Shown: positions 11,070 to 22,279, counted from the first letter of the stretch. The stretch is DNA of 64,000 nucleotides from Sulfolobales archaeon HS-7 (GCA_019704295.1 AP024596.1:704001-768000); one strand, 5' to 3'. Notes: a model not told the origin generated them from the sequence alone. Numbers and translations are program-made.

Positions 11070-11864
11070 ATAGTATTTTATAATGGATTTTGTAGTGAGC
11101 TATCTGCTCTAGCGAATTAGGAAATTTTGCTTACCGACTTCGCCAGCAGGCCTTGACAGATATGAAGACTACCGCTATATAGAACGTGATGTTCAAGACA
11201 TTAAAGCCGGGTCGTTGACCGGAGCGTAGGCTTACAATACCCTCGCTCATGTCCCTTGGGTACGTTTAGACCATTAATAACCATAATTAAAGGGTAGTCT
11301 GTAAACACATATTGTAGTATAATAGGGCTATCCATACCCATTCTCACGTTACAATGTCTAATGTATAATTATAAACTAAAAAGTTATAAAACATATCTAT
11401 CTAGAAATTAAATTCGCTTAATTGTTAGAATAGTAATATAAAATTAGTTTATTAGGTGTAATTGTAAGTAATCATGCGGTTTTCGAAAATCAAGGGTAAT
11501 AAATGACCTTTTCTAAAGTAATGGGTTCAACGTTTGCTGAGGTTTCCATAAGGTAAATATTATAAGCTAGAAAGTCGGCAAAGGTGATCAATCGTTTACT
11601 CATTAAGTATTATCCCCAAATTGGACTCTTTGCTACTTGTTTTCCTATAAAATTTAGCTCTTAAACCACCGCTTGTTATATATTGGACACTATTTCGTGT
11701 TTTTAAGTTAGATTAATCCTATATTATTATAGACTAGTTAAACCAATAATATCTTTCCAGCATGAGATTTTTGGTGAAATGCGCTGTGAAATATATTAAT
11801 GTCTCCTAAAACTTCAGGAAAGTACAGGACCTTAGCCTTAGGGCCTCTCAGCGATACTTTCTCT

Positions 11865-12545
11865 TTATATATCTCCATTTATTCTCAAGTAAATTTTTCG
11901 TAGAAAGCGAATAATAGTTCTAGCGTCTTCTTCATCCCCAATTCCCCGCAATATAGTTCTCTTGAGAGAATAGTAAATCCTCTCATCTTGTGGATTTTTC
12001 TTAATAGTGTCCACCACCTCTCTAATATACTTATCAAGAAGCCTTAAAGCCTCGTCACTTATTTTAGCAGAGTTTTGTATAGCATTCCTGTTAATTTCGT
12101 ACAGCACTATTCCAACAGCGTGTGATAAGTTGAGAACAGGATACTCAGTGTTTGTAGGTATATGAAGCAATAAGTCACATTTAGATATTTCTTCCCTGGT
12201 TAATCCTACGCTTTCTCTACCGAATATAAGACCTACTCTCTTGTTCAGTATAAGTTTCGTTATCTCCCAAGGTTTTACGGATTTCCTTAGAAAATCACCA
12301 GGTATATCAGCTATACTAGAAGTTGCAATTTTAAGATCTAAATCGGTAATCGCTTCATCTAACGTTTGCACAACCCTACTTTCATTTAATACGTCTATTC
12401 CCCGCACTGCGAATTCCCTACCTTTGGTTACATCGCAAACAGGATTTACAATATAGAGTTCTTTCACCCCGAAGTTTTTACACAGTCTTGCTACAAATCC
12501 CACGTTATACTCGCCCTCAGGCTGAACAAGTATTACTCTAATCAC
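11865..12545 (-). CDS. trmJ: tRNA (C32 2'-O)-methyltransferase, TrmJ-type SPOUT
   Basis: VQPEGEYNVG, FGRESVGL, YPVLNLSHAV; GTG 12545 preferred start. Confidence 0.9.
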   Translation of the reverse strand: MIRVILVQPEGEYNVGFVARLCKNFGVKELYIVNPVCDVTKGREFAVRGIDVLNESRVVQTLDEAITDLDLKIATSSIADIPGDFLRKSVKPWEITKLILNKRVGLIFGRESVGLTREEISKCDLLLHIPTNTEYPVLNLSHAVGIVLYEINRNAIQNSAKISDEALRLLDKYIREVVDTIKKNPQDERIYYSLKRTILRGIGDEEDARTIIRFLRKIYLRINGDI

Positions 12546-13167
12546 TGCGAATACACTTAATAGCAAATATCGTTTCGAAATCAAAATTTTTCTCTATTTG
12601 CTTTTCAACTCTAATTTTGTTCCTACGTAATTCTGCGTATATTTTTTCCACATTTGCTAAAGAAGAATATACGAAATAATAGTAATTGGTACGGTATGAT
12701 AGGGCTTTAACGATTTCTTTTACCCCGTCAGGCCCCCCAGACCAGCTATATGATAACCATGAGTCGTATTCTTCTACAGGCAAATATGGAGGATTGAATA
12801 CTATTTTCTCAAAGTAATCTGCCCTAACTGCATACACAGTATCCGCGTTTATTATTTCTACATTTACATTATTGATCCTTGCTGAGCACTGTGTTGTTTC
12901 AGCGGCCATGGGATTTACATCAATCGCTACAACGCTAGCTCCAAGTTTGGCGAGATACACACTTATAATGCCAGTACCGCTTCCTATCTCCAAAATTCTC
13001 TCCCCCTTCTTAACATCAAGGATTTCCATTAAGGCCTGAGTGTCGTCAGATGGCTCGTATACATTATCATCGATGCAAATTTCTATATTATGGAATCTAG
13101 TAAGAGAGAAACGTCTGTTGGTGCGAATTGGTTCACTTTCATTGTAGAAACCGAATTTCGTCCGCAT
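12538..13167 (-). CDS. HemK2/PrmC-like methyltransferase
   Basis: VYEPSDDT, EIGSGTG, FNPPY; true start uncertain. Confidence 0.9.
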   Translation of the reverse strand: MRTKFGFYNESEPIRTNRRFSLTRFHNIEICIDDNVYEPSDDTQALMEILDVKKGERILEIGSGTGIISVYLAKLGASVVAIDVNPMAAETTQCSARINNVNVEIINADTVYAVRADYFEKIVFNPPYLPVEEYDSWLSYSWSGGPDGVKEIVKALSYRTNYYYFVYSSLANVEKIYAELRRNKIRVEKQIEKNFDFETIFAIKCIRSD

Positions 13168-13733
13168 AAAAGAGAGGCCCTCTTTAACGATTTATTTCTA
13201 TATTTTGAGATACACCCTATTAAATTATCCACTTGCTTATCATATTTTCTTGTTCTCTCTAACAATACTAATTCGCTATAAACTTTAGGTTCAGGCCTGA
13301 ATGATGAAGGAGGAATTTTCTTAATGGAACTAATTTTAAAGAAATAGTTACTGAGAAAAGAAATATACGTAGGATATTCCTGTAACTTTACTATAAAATC
13401 ACTTTGAATAATAAGTAATAATGAGTATATATCATTTATCTTAATAATTTCTGAAAAAAAATCCGATGTTATGTGATAAGGCAATGAAGATATTACACTG
13501 CCTCTGATAAAAGGGATATGCCTGGCGTCGCTAACACTAACGTTAAATTTTCCTCTTAATGGTTTAACTAATTCCTCGTCGATTTCAATAGTTAGATCAG
13601 GATTTATAACCTCAGTAATAGCCCCCTTACCAGTTCCTACTTCAATTACAGGTTTTCTAAGGGTCATCGCGATATCGCGAATTAAATACACTATTTTTTT
13701 ATCAACGAGGAAGTTTTGAGAAAGTCTTGCCAT
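13083..13733 (-). CDS. ksgA: 16S rRNA adenine dimethyltransferase
   Basis: SQNFL, EVGTGKG, SSLPY, F.P.PKV.S. Confidence 0.92.
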   Translation of the reverse strand: MARLSQNFLVDKKIVYLIRDIAMTLRKPVIEVGTGKGAITEVINPDLTIEIDEELVKPLRGKFNVSVSDARHIPFIRGSVISSLPYHITSDFFSEIIKINDIYSLLLIIQSDFIVKLQEYPTYISFLSNYFFKISSIKKIPPSSFRPEPKVYSELVLLERTRKYDKQVDNLIGCISKYRNKSLKRASLLCGRNSVSTMKVNQFAPTDVSLLLDSII

Positions 13734-13744
13734 TTATGGTTCCT

Positions 13745-14422
13745 TTATTTTTCATGTCTACTTTTTAGCTTCTGGAAATAGTTTATGAATGTGGTTTTTT
13801 CTCTCACTGGTTTAACGAATAGGAAATACCTCTCATCACTAAGACCTTGAGGCGAAGCAGCTTTTATTTCATATATTATTCTTTCAACTATTATGTTTTT
13901 GATGTCTTTCAATTTGGTTCTTTCCTCAATTTCCTTCAAACTCGTAAATTTACCCCTTTTCCTTTCATCTAATATAGTTTTTAATGATTTCTTTCCGATT
14001 GATGGTAATAATTCTAGGGAATGTAGTTTTAGCGTAAGGGATTCTGCCTGATTAAAAAACTCTACAAAGACATGTTCATTTTCATCCACCACTTTATTTA
14101 GAACTCTGACAAGCGAGTCCTTTGCGAGACTAGTTAGTTCATCATAAAATATTTGATCGACTCTGATAATTGAATTAGAGATAGGATACTCAGAGAGGGA
14201 GATCTTTTCTTCAGTTTGTATATTATCTAAAGGATGGATAAGTATTATTTCAAAAAGTCCGAAATAGTTCTCCCCTAATGCTTGAATTGTAGGTCTATTC
14301 TTCTCAGTCATTAGACCTTCTGGCATATAGTCAAGAACATAGAATGAGCTCTCGTCTATTTTTGTATCCCTTTTATCCCTATCAAACCTGCCATGAGCAT
14401 CTCTTCTCTGCAACGACCTCAC
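13745..14422 (-). CDS. DUF655 putative RNA-binding protein
   Basis: YVLDY, QALGE, LHSLELLP.IGKK; rpl21e-rpoF-DUF655-ksgA gene order. Confidence 0.88.
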   Translation of the reverse strand: MRSLQRRDAHGRFDRDKRDTKIDESSFYVLDYMPEGLMTEKNRPTIQALGENYFGLFEIILIHPLDNIQTEEKISLSEYPISNSIIRVDQIFYDELTSLAKDSLVRVLNKVVDENEHVFVEFFNQAESLTLKLHSLELLPSIGKKSLKTILDERKRGKFTSLKEIEERTKLKDIKNIIVERIIYEIKAASPQGLSDERYFLFVKPVREKTTFINYFQKLKSRHEK

Positions 14423-14457
14423 TTAAGTAAAATATTATAAAAGATAAAATAATAATC

Positions 14458-14793
14458 TCAACGTTCGAGTTGAGATTTTATCAATTCTAATATTTTATTT
14501 AAATCGTCAGTACTGTATGTTTTCTCTTCAAGAAAAAGGGTGCTTCTCAATTCGTCTAATGTGGAAGGACATATGCTAGCTATTATTGCAGCGGTTTCCT
14601 CCTTAAGTCCCGTTTTTATTATTTCAGCTCTCAAGTGCGATGCTTTTTCGACAGTGCACTTCTCTACAGCCGATAAGTATTCGATAGTTCTTTCTATAGT
14701 TGCTGACAACTCGTTGTCCTTATTTTTTCCTTCTAGTATTCGTTTAGCTTCAGAATAAGAAACGTATTCGCTTTTCTCTATCTTAATTTCCAT
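14458..14793 (-). CDS. rpoF: RNA polymerase subunit Rpo4 (F)
   Basis: YSEAKRIL, RTIEYL, SICP.T.DELR; gene order. Confidence 0.9.
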   Translation of the reverse strand: MEIKIEKSEYVSYSEAKRILEGKNKDNELSATIERTIEYLSAVEKCTVEKASHLRAEIIKTGLKEETAAIIASICPSTLDELRSTLFLEEKTYSTDDLNKILELIKSQLER

Positions 14794-15097
14794 ATGTCTG
14801 TCCTCTCAAAGGTTTCAAATGTTCTGGTCGTGTAAAGAGTGTTCTAAAAGAGTTTCCATCACTCACCCTGATTATATAACACCTTCCCCTTCTGCCTACA
14901 ATTTCCCCTGTTCTACCTTGGAACCTTCTGTGTGGCATTCCCTTATGTATGGCACTGTTTATATCAATAGCTACTCTTTCTCCCTCCTTATACTCATACA
15001 TTAACCTGCTTAATGAAGGCACGCCCCCCTTTTCTCTTACTGATTTCTTAAAAACGTTTCTGCTTTTTTGCCTATTGCCTTTTGACGCTTTTACCAT
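14783..15097 (-). CDS. rpl21e: 50S ribosomal protein L21e
   Basis: HKGMPHRRFQGRTG and RPEHL. Confidence 0.97.
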   Translation of the reverse strand: MVKASKGNRQKSRNVFKKSVREKGGVPSLSRLMYEYKEGERVAIDINSAIHKGMPHRRFQGRTGEIVGRRGRCYIIRVSDGNSFRTLFTRPEHLKPLRGQTYGN

Positions 15098-15526
15098 TAC
15101 TGCCCAAAGATGATGTTCCTTATTTACAAAAAAGATTAACCCTTACCTACCTTTCCAGGATTTCCTCAAAGCGAGTTTGTATGTATAGGAACCTGGTGAT
15201 TAGGAATAATTCCTTCCAGAGTTATAACTAACCTATTAGAGACTGAGCATGTAGAACACCTACGTGAACTGCTTTGCACTTCCTTCTACCCATTTTATGT
15301 TCATTTATAATCTGTGTTTATCCCTTAACTACAGGCTCGCCTCAACTATAGACTAGTTATAGGAATTCTTCCGGCCAAATAACTTATACCACGTTAGCAT
15401 CTTTATCGCTTTTCTGGAAGAACAACTTGTAAGAAAGATCACCTATTGCTAAAATTACTAAAATAAATATAAAAATATTTCTATTACGGAGAAGAAGATT
15501 CGATCCAAGATATCCGAAAATGCCTC

Positions 15527-15605
<79 letters not shown>

Positions 15606-15805
15606 TTTAGCATTACTAAAATAGGTTAGTCCTTTTTACGGTTTTTGACTGTCTTAGAATTAGTTTAGGATTTAAAGATGCTTTATATTCTTTGAATAAT
15701 TTAGTTATTAATAATAAATCGCTAATATCTGTTCCTCTTAACATAATAACTCACTGATATTTTTAATAAGACTGTTTTCGTTAATAATCTTAGGGATTCA
15801 CCTTA

Positions 15806-16312
15806 ATCAAGATATGGATAAAGGAGTATGGTGAAGACGATCCAAAGAAATGTACGGGAAAGAAAATGATAAGATTAAATTATGCAAATCCTACCAGATC
15901 CTTCAAAGGAATAATATTAAATCCTTTTTCGAGGAAAATATTATCACTTAATGACTCTGATATTGTATCGAAACAGGGCATAACGATTATAGACTCCTCA
16001 TGGAATAAATCCGACATAACTTTTTTTAAGAAATTTATGAGAAATTCTAGAAGGTTACCCTTTCTTTTAGCAGCAAACCCTGTAAATTACGGAAAAGGAT
16101 TTAAGTTGAGCTCGTTAGAAGCCGCTGTTGCATCGTCTTATATATTAGGTGATACAGAGTTAGCAATAAAACTCGCTAATACAATAAAATGGGGTCATAC
16201 TTTCATAGAACTCAATAGAGAACTCCTCGATTGTTACTATAAGAAGACTGAAAGTGAAATAGAGAAATGCGAGAGAGACTTTCTAAATGAGAAATTTGAC
16301 CTTGGGACATAA
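15806..16312 (+). CDS. tsr3: 16S rRNA aminocarboxypropyltransferase Tsr3, putative ATC start
   Basis: In-frame DDPKKCTGKK lies upstream of the track ATG (15866); DSSW, RRLPFLLAANPVNYG, KLSSLEA, KWGHTF. Confidence 0.92.
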   Translation: MKIWIKEYGEDDPKKCTGKKMIRLNYANPTRSFKGIILNPFSRKILSLNDSDIVSKQGITIIDSSWNKSDITFFKKFMRNSRRLPFLLAANPVNYGKGFKLSSLEAAVASSYILGDTELAIKLANTIKWGHTFIELNRELLDCYYKKTESEIEKCERDFLNEKFDLGT

Positions 16313-16876
16313 GTGAACTATAGTCTTGAGCAGCAGATCAAAACTCATCATATCGTAATTAATATAAAAGCATCAGTATTGGCAATAATAATTCTGATAT
16401 TGATAAGAGCGTCAGTATTTACAGTAAGTTTTCATGTTATCCTTTACGGTTTAATGTTCATTAAGGAACGTTCAACTGCGGAGTTGCCAATGGATGAAAT
16501 AAGGACTTAGTTATCAAATGTCTCCGCAAACTTCTCCTCTATAATCCAAGGTAAACCCAAGGAGTATTGAGAAACGTCCTAAGGGGCACAGCAAGTTATC
16601 AAAAGAAGAGGAATTCTGGGTTCATCATTAGGAGCAAAGACTCAACTCGCATCACCTATATATTGGATCCCTCCTACTGTATCCTCCTAACAGATCGAGA
16701 TTCCTCTAAATGTTCATTCCCAAGGTAAGTAACTCATTGTTCTTGAATTGCTTAACCGAATCTAATGAGGACTAATCGTTTGATTTATCCATTTTTCAAA
16801 TTCGTTATATACTTAAAATCAATTTCCTTGATATACAAAGAATTTCAGCTTGGATTGTAAGGACATAGGTTTATAG

Positions 16877-17080
16877 GTGAACTATCCTGCGGACGGAGCT
16901 TCCTGCTTCTCCACCTTACTAATGGCAGAGGACTCCACAGGTACAAAGGGTTGATTCCTAACCTGAATTGATCTTCATATTCAGAGTATTCCATACAAGA
17001 TCGTTGATTGGAGCAAAGCCGTACTGGATCAAACCCTCGCCTAGGTTTCTCTGTCACTTAATAGGTGGCTATCGTTAATA
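16877..17080 (-). mobile_element. degenerate MITE family B-like element (omegaRNA-like right end)
   Basis: Minus strand CCTAGGCGAGGGT...CCTGTGGAG...GAAGCAGGAAGCTCCGTCC...TAGTTCAC; left boundary approximate. Confidence 0.7.
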
Positions 17081-17468
17081 GTCTTCCAAGAACTCATATT
17101 TGAGTATATAGCGGCCATCCTTACTGTTCTTCCACCCCCTCAATCTATATAGAACGCGGCCATCAAGATAAGTTATTTTCATCCGTTGACATGTTAATCG
17201 TCTAAATAGATTACGCGGAGGTCTCCCTCGCATTCTTGGTAAGTTCCTTTGCTATTCCCGAAGCTGGTAGTTGCTACTGCTATAAGATATTAACTACTTT
17301 CATTACGTCTTTTAGGATTTCTGCCTGATCGAAGTTAATCACTTATGCATCAGACCTGCCATTTACTCTACATTATACTACTATTAACTATATTAACTAG
17401 AGACGAGGGCAGATCATCCCTTAGGTTTCTCATATTATCCTAGGGAGGAAAACCTCTCTATCTTATTT

Positions 17469-18887
17469 TCAGGAAATTTCTCTCAGTTTGCTTTGTATCA
17501 ATTCGTACACCTGTTTTGGATTAGCTCTCTTCTTAACTTCCTTCATAACCATTCCCACTAAGAAGTCGACGACTTTTGGGTCTTGTTTTGCCTTCCGTAC
17601 GACTTCTATATTTTTAGATATAACTGAATTGATCACATTCTCTAATGCAGTCACGTCCGTAATTATAAGCAAGTTATTCTGAATAACATATTGTTCTGGA
17701 TCAATACCATCAATTATTTTAGGTATAAGATCCTTCATCGTCTTTACACTGATCGAACCGTTATCTTCCATTGCCAAGACTTTAATGAGGTGTTCAGTTG
17801 ATAATTTGCTATTCTTTAATTCAATTTCTCTCTCGTTAAGTCTTCTTTGGACTTCATTTATGATAACGTTAGCTAATCGCTTATATTGCTTATATTCCTT
17901 AGCTGCTTCTTCAAAGAAATCAGCCAGTTGTTTCTGATATACCAGAACTTGAGCCTGGTATTCGTCTAATCCATATTGCTTTATTAATCTATCAATTCTA
18001 CTCTCTGGCAATTCTGGCATGGATTTGATTATTTTATCTATAGTCTCGTGTGGGATATAATAAGGAGGCAGATCTGGATCTGGAAAATATCTGTAATCCT
18101 CCTCGGTTTCTTTGCTCCTTAAAGGTACAGTTACTTTTCTAATCGAATCCCAGTGTCTCGTCTCTCTTCTTATCTTTACTCCACTTCTTAAAGCAGCGTT
18201 TTGACGCGCTATCTCATAGGCTATAGCCGCCTCTGCGTCTTTTGGGGACCCAACGTTCTTAACTTCCACCCTTTCTCCACCTTCAACAGAAACATTACAA
18301 TCTGCTCTCATTGCACCTTCTAGTTCGAAATTAGTTACATCCAAGTGTTCTAAGATACTTCGTAATACTTCCATAAATTGCCTAGCCTCCTTAGGATTTT
18401 CTAAATCTGGTTCGGTTACAATTTCCAATAGACCTATACCAGACCTATTATAATCGAGAAGGGTATATTTACTTGTTAAAATGGAACCTGTTGGATAAAT
18501 TGATTTTGCGGGATCCTCTTCAATGTTTATTCTTCGTATTCTAATCTTCTTTCCGTTAATTTCAATCCATCCATTGTACGCAATAGCTGTACTTCCAGGT
18601 CCGTCATACTGTGTAATTTGATAGTTTTTTGACATATCAGGATAAAAATAATGTTTTCTAGAGAAGGAAAGAATATGAGAAATTTCCATGTGGAGGGCTG
18701 TGGCCACCATTACAGCCATTGTTAATGCCCTTTCGTTTACCACGGGCAATGCCCCGGGCAAGCCTAAGCACACAGGACATACATTAGTATTTGGCTCTTT
18801 ATCTTCATAATTTGAAGAACAAGAACAAAACAGTTTAGTATTGAGTGTATTTAAGTGGACGTGAACCTCTAAACCGATCTTTACCAT
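17469..18887 (-). CDS. gatB: Asp/Glu-tRNA amidotransferase subunit B
   Basis: IGLEVH, KLFC, CLGLPGALP, RKHYFYPD, DYRYFPDPDL. Confidence 0.97.
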   Translation of the reverse strand: MVKIGLEVHVHLNTLNTKLFCSCSSNYEDKEPNTNVCPVCLGLPGALPVVNERALTMAVMVATALHMEISHILSFSRKHYFYPDMSKNYQITQYDGPGSTAIAYNGWIEINGKKIRIRRINIEEDPAKSIYPTGSILTSKYTLLDYNRSGIGLLEIVTEPDLENPKEARQFMEVLRSILEHLDVTNFELEGAMRADCNVSVEGGERVEVKNVGSPKDAEAAIAYEIARQNAALRSGVKIRRETRHWDSIRKVTVPLRSKETEEDYRYFPDPDLPPYYIPHETIDKIIKSMPELPESRIDRLIKQYGLDEYQAQVLVYQKQLADFFEEAAKEYKQYKRLANVIINEVQRRLNEREIELKNSKLSTEHLIKVLAMEDNGSISVKTMKDLIPKIIDGIDPEQYVIQNNLLIITDVTALENVINSVISKNIEVVRKAKQDPKVVDFLVGMVMKEVKKRANPKQVYELIQSKLREIS

Positions 18888-19450
18888 TTTGATTAGCTTA
18901 TCAATCCGGATTATTTAACCTGATCCACATGCTTCGGATTTCTATACTTTTAGGTAAAATGTATTCTTCCTCACAGAGACTTCTGGCATGACACCTTACT
19001 TAGGATGAGGAGATTCTTAATTAATTCCTAAGAACTAACCGAAGATTGTCTATTCTAGCAAGATCGTTATAATAAGTGTTCAATATTAGTTGCATAAAAT
19101 TCAGGAAAGAATGATATAGCTATAGCTAAGGTTTAACGAATCCATGTGAAATATTTTCATTTATGGGCATGACAGCATCACTTAACTATGTCCTACTTCT
19201 TAAGATAACATTAATCAACTCGTGATAACGTCTAGTGGCTAATTAACGCGAAATAACTAGATAAAGTAAAAATTATAAAATATGTGAAGTGAGGATTAAA
19301 TTCGATTAATTATATGTTAGCTAACGATATGAAACCAGTCTATTAGCTGTAGCAACATTTACAATGTTAAGAATTTGCAAGGACATAAATAGTTTGATTG
19401 AGATCTCTTTGCTAAAGCTATTTAAATCTTAAGATTATTTTTTTCTATAA

Positions 19451-20239
19451 ATGTCTGATGCGATAGATAAGAAAATACTCTTTCATCTACTCAGGGACGG
19501 CAGGGCTTCTCAGAGAGCAATAGCGGTTAAATTGGCGTTAGCTCCTCCTGTAATAAACTATAGATATACTAAACTTAGAGAAAATAATATAATAAAAGGA
19601 TTTTCATTGAAAATAAATCCTAACATACAAGGTAAGTATTATGGTTATATTGCCCTAAAAAATTCTATTGAGTTTGTCGATAATTACGCTTTCTCAGTTA
19701 AGTGTTTGGAAGAAACTAACGTATACGAGATTATTGCAGACTCCTTAGATGATCTGAAAGTAAAAATCAGTTCAGTGACGGAAAAATTTGGGGAGCCCAT
19801 AATGACGTACATTCCCAGACAGGAACTACGACATTTATCAAAATTCGACACGGAAATTATATATATATTAAAAGAACAACCAAGAATACAGGTTTCAGAA
19901 ATTGCAGAGAAAATGAAGGTTTCTACTAAAACAGTAAAGAGGCACTTAAACTATTTGGAATCGGAGGGAATGATTAGAGTTTTACCAATTATCGATCTAA
20001 CTCGTGCTGGATTAATAGTGTTTGCTCTATTCACCAGGAGAAACGAAAAAATACGGGAGGTATTGGATAGGTGGATGTTTGTCAACATAGCGGACGACAA
20101 TTATGAAATAGTGGTGTGTGCTACCGAGAACATGAATAGTGCGAGTAGGCTTATAAAAGAGGCTAAAAACATAGATAACTCGTCTCAAGTAATGATAGTA
20201 GAAGAGTATGAGGTAAAATCGTTACCTGAAAAGATATAA
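19451..20239 (+). CDS. Lrp/AsnC-type regulator with two wHTH domains
   Basis: DAIDKKIL..L..DGR N-terminal HTH and a second HTH EIAEKMKVSTKTVKRHL. Confidence 0.8.
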   Translation: MSDAIDKKILFHLLRDGRASQRAIAVKLALAPPVINYRYTKLRENNIIKGFSLKINPNIQGKYYGYIALKNSIEFVDNYAFSVKCLEETNVYEIIADSLDDLKVKISSVTEKFGEPIMTYIPRQELRHLSKFDTEIIYILKEQPRIQVSEIAEKMKVSTKTVKRHLNYLESEGMIRVLPIIDLTRAGLIVFALFTRRNEKIREVLDRWMFVNIADDNYEIVVCATENMNSASRLIKEAKNIDNSSQVMIVEEYEVKSLPEKI

Positions 20240-20466
20240 AATAAAATTATTATTACGAAGATATTTTATATTCAATAAAGTTAAGCGGATCACATCCCCT
20301 TTCCAGATTCGCTTTGTTTTAAGAATTGTAACAAATTCGGTTCAGTACTTTCACCTAACTAGTGGGGGATTTACGCTCAATAATTTACTTCATTTCATCC
20401 GTCCTCCTGACAAATTATAATTGGCAAAAGAACCCTGAATCGGCAGTATAATTATACTTAATACTA

Positions 20467-20922
20467 TTATATCTCCCCCTTCAAGATAAGTCTCGCTTTC
20501 TTAATTGTTCCTGTGGTTCTCCGTGGTATTAATATTACGCTCTGATTATTTATTTGCCTAACTCTCTGCATAGCCACAATCACAGACGCATGAAATTCCC
20601 TCTTACTTAAGACTATACCTCCCCAGATCTTATCATCGAGAAAAACAACTTTGGGATCGGCAAGGCTTAATCCTATTTCACCAACTATTTCCTTTAGCGA
20701 ATTCCTTATAGCTTTTTCAAGTTCGTCTTTTGATGGAAACCTTTGCGACTCGATAAGAAATACAATATATCGTTTCTTCCTGTATCTTGTAGTTTTCCAC
20801 CGCCTGTTCCCTACCCTTTTAACTGTATTATATTTATATTTAATCATTAATAATATAGTAAGTATAGATAGCCAGCCTGTCTCCACTATCAATAACGGAA
20901 GAACTAACTCCATAGATAGCAT
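20467..20922 (-). CDS. RNase P protein Pop5/Rpp14 with hydrophobic N-terminus
   Basis: KKRYIVF, G..G...A.P.V and TTGTIKKA. Confidence 0.85.
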   Translation of the reverse strand: MLSMELVLPLLIVETGWLSILTILLMIKYKYNTVKRVGNRRWKTTRYRKKRYIVFLIESQRFPSKDELEKAIRNSLKEIVGEIGLSLADPKVVFLDDKIWGGIVLSKREFHASVIVAMQRVRQINNQSVILIPRRTTGTIKKARLILKGEI

Positions 20923-20953
20923 TAAAAACTACGCGCTTGTTTATAACTATTAA

Positions 20954-21003
20954 GTGATGATGCCATCCCAGACTGAGTATATGATGTGCTCGCGACGAAC
21001 TGA
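20954..21003 (+). ncRNA. box C/D sRNA
   Basis: GTGATGA-12 nt-CTGA-gtat-ATGATGT-12 nt-CTGA. Confidence 0.88.
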
Positions 21004-21017
21004 ATATACAGGAGGGA

Positions 21018-21737
21018 GTGAAAACGCTTTCAGTGAACAATAAGGAGTCTGAATTAAGACTTAGAATAATGATCCTAGACGTGCTTAAAGACCTTAAAAA
21101 AACGATGACGTATAAGGAAATGTCTGGACTGTTAAATATTCAGGACACATTGCTTTGCAGGTATGTTAACGGAAATACGATACCAAGCGAGGCGCAATGT
21201 AGAGATATATTGAATAAACTAGAAAGGAATAGTATATTAAGGGAAGTTTTAAGGAGCCAAATAAAGATGTATGGGGATGGATTTGTAGATACAAGTAGAG
21301 TGCTTCAGTATCCGTCATTACTTAGACTAGTAATTGAGATTTTCATCAGAAGGAATATAACATATAGTATAGACAGGATTGTTACACCTGCAGTAAATGG
21401 CATTCCATTTGCCACCATAGTATCACAAATTCTTAATAAACCTCTTGTAATTGCGAAAAAATATAAGGACTCCATATACTTTGAGTATTACGAAGAAAGT
21501 ATAAGGGAAAGTAGCGCACAGGTATCCAATCTTTACATAAGAAAAGACCTGATAAACAGGGGAGATAAGATACTTATTGTAGATGACGTTATAAGAAGCG
21601 GAAGAACGGTGGATCACTTAGTAAGGCTTCTGATAAGATCTGGAGGAATGCCTAAGTTAGTAATTGCGGTTGTAGGGAATACGACTAGAAGAGCTACATA
21701 CAACGGAGTTGAAATTAAAACGATAATAAACGTCTAA
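21018..21737 (+). CDS. HTH + phosphoribosyltransferase protein (purine regulator-like)
   Basis: N-terminal HTH (LLCRYVNG) and PRPP motif ILIVDDVIRSGRT. Confidence 0.85.
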   Translation: MKTLSVNNKESELRLRIMILDVLKDLKKTMTYKEMSGLLNIQDTLLCRYVNGNTIPSEAQCRDILNKLERNSILREVLRSQIKMYGDGFVDTSRVLQYPSLLRLVIEIFIRRNITYSIDRIVTPAVNGIPFATIVSQILNKPLVIAKKYKDSIYFEYYEESIRESSAQVSNLYIRKDLINRGDKILIVDDVIRSGRTVDHLVRLLIRSGGMPKLVIAVVGNTTRRATYNGVEIKTIINV

Positions 21738-21778
21738 AGTTAGAGGGAGACGCTTCCAACATGAAAAGGTGAAAGTAA

Positions 21779-22279
21779 GTGAGAATATACGATAGGGTCT
21801 ATATAATAGAGGGAGAGAGTTTTGGGGGAGGTACATATAATTCGTATCTATTCAATGAAGGCTATTGGTTTCTTGTCAATGGAGGCCTGATAACAAGTAC
21901 AAATCTCATGATCAATAATATCTTAGAAATTACTAAAGGACATCCATTAAGGTATATTATAATAACCTCTTGTATCAGAGAACTAGCGGAAAACGTTAAG
22001 GAATTATATATGGTATTTAACCCTGATATTATCGCTGGATATCCAGATTCGGTAAGGCTAAGGAGGGGTGAGTGTGGAAACTCTCCAGTAGAAATAGCAA
22101 TAGAAGTTAGGAACGAGATACGAATAGGGAAGATACGAATAGTAAGAAGTAAATCTCCTACCTCAGGATCAATAATAATTGAAAGTGAAGGCGGGATTTT
22201 CTCAGGTTTAACCAAAGTATCACCGCTTTACCAAAAGAGTTATTTGTTCTCGTCCACAGAATATATACGATATGGATAA
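21779..22279 (+). CDS. degenerate metallo-beta-lactamase-fold protein
   Basis: NSYL, LVNGG, YIIIT and PTSGS pattern without the metal-binding histidines. Confidence 0.6.
   Translation: MRIYDRVYIIEGESFGGGTYNSYLFNEGYWFLVNGGLITSTNLMINNILEITKGHPLRYIIITSCIRELAENVKELYMVFNPDIIAGYPDSVRLRRGECGNSPVEIAIEVRNEIRIGKIRIVRSKSPTSGSIIIESEGGIFSGLTKVSPLYQKSYLFSSTEYIRYG

Noticed and set aside
11140-11260. Two short hairpins each followed by ACA, suggesting an H/ACA RNA
   Set aside because: Stems are only about 5 bp with no clear K-turn. One frame reads YRYIERDVQDIK, like a transposase remnant, so an IS relic is more likely.
13083-13167. Possible fourth ATT start (13128) for the HemK2 gene
   Set aside because: An in-frame ATG exists at 13167, so a non-canonical start is not required.
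20840-20922. Hydrophobic N-terminus on Pop5
   Set aside because: As I recall it is also present in other Sulfolobales Pop5 proteins, so it is not specific to this genome.
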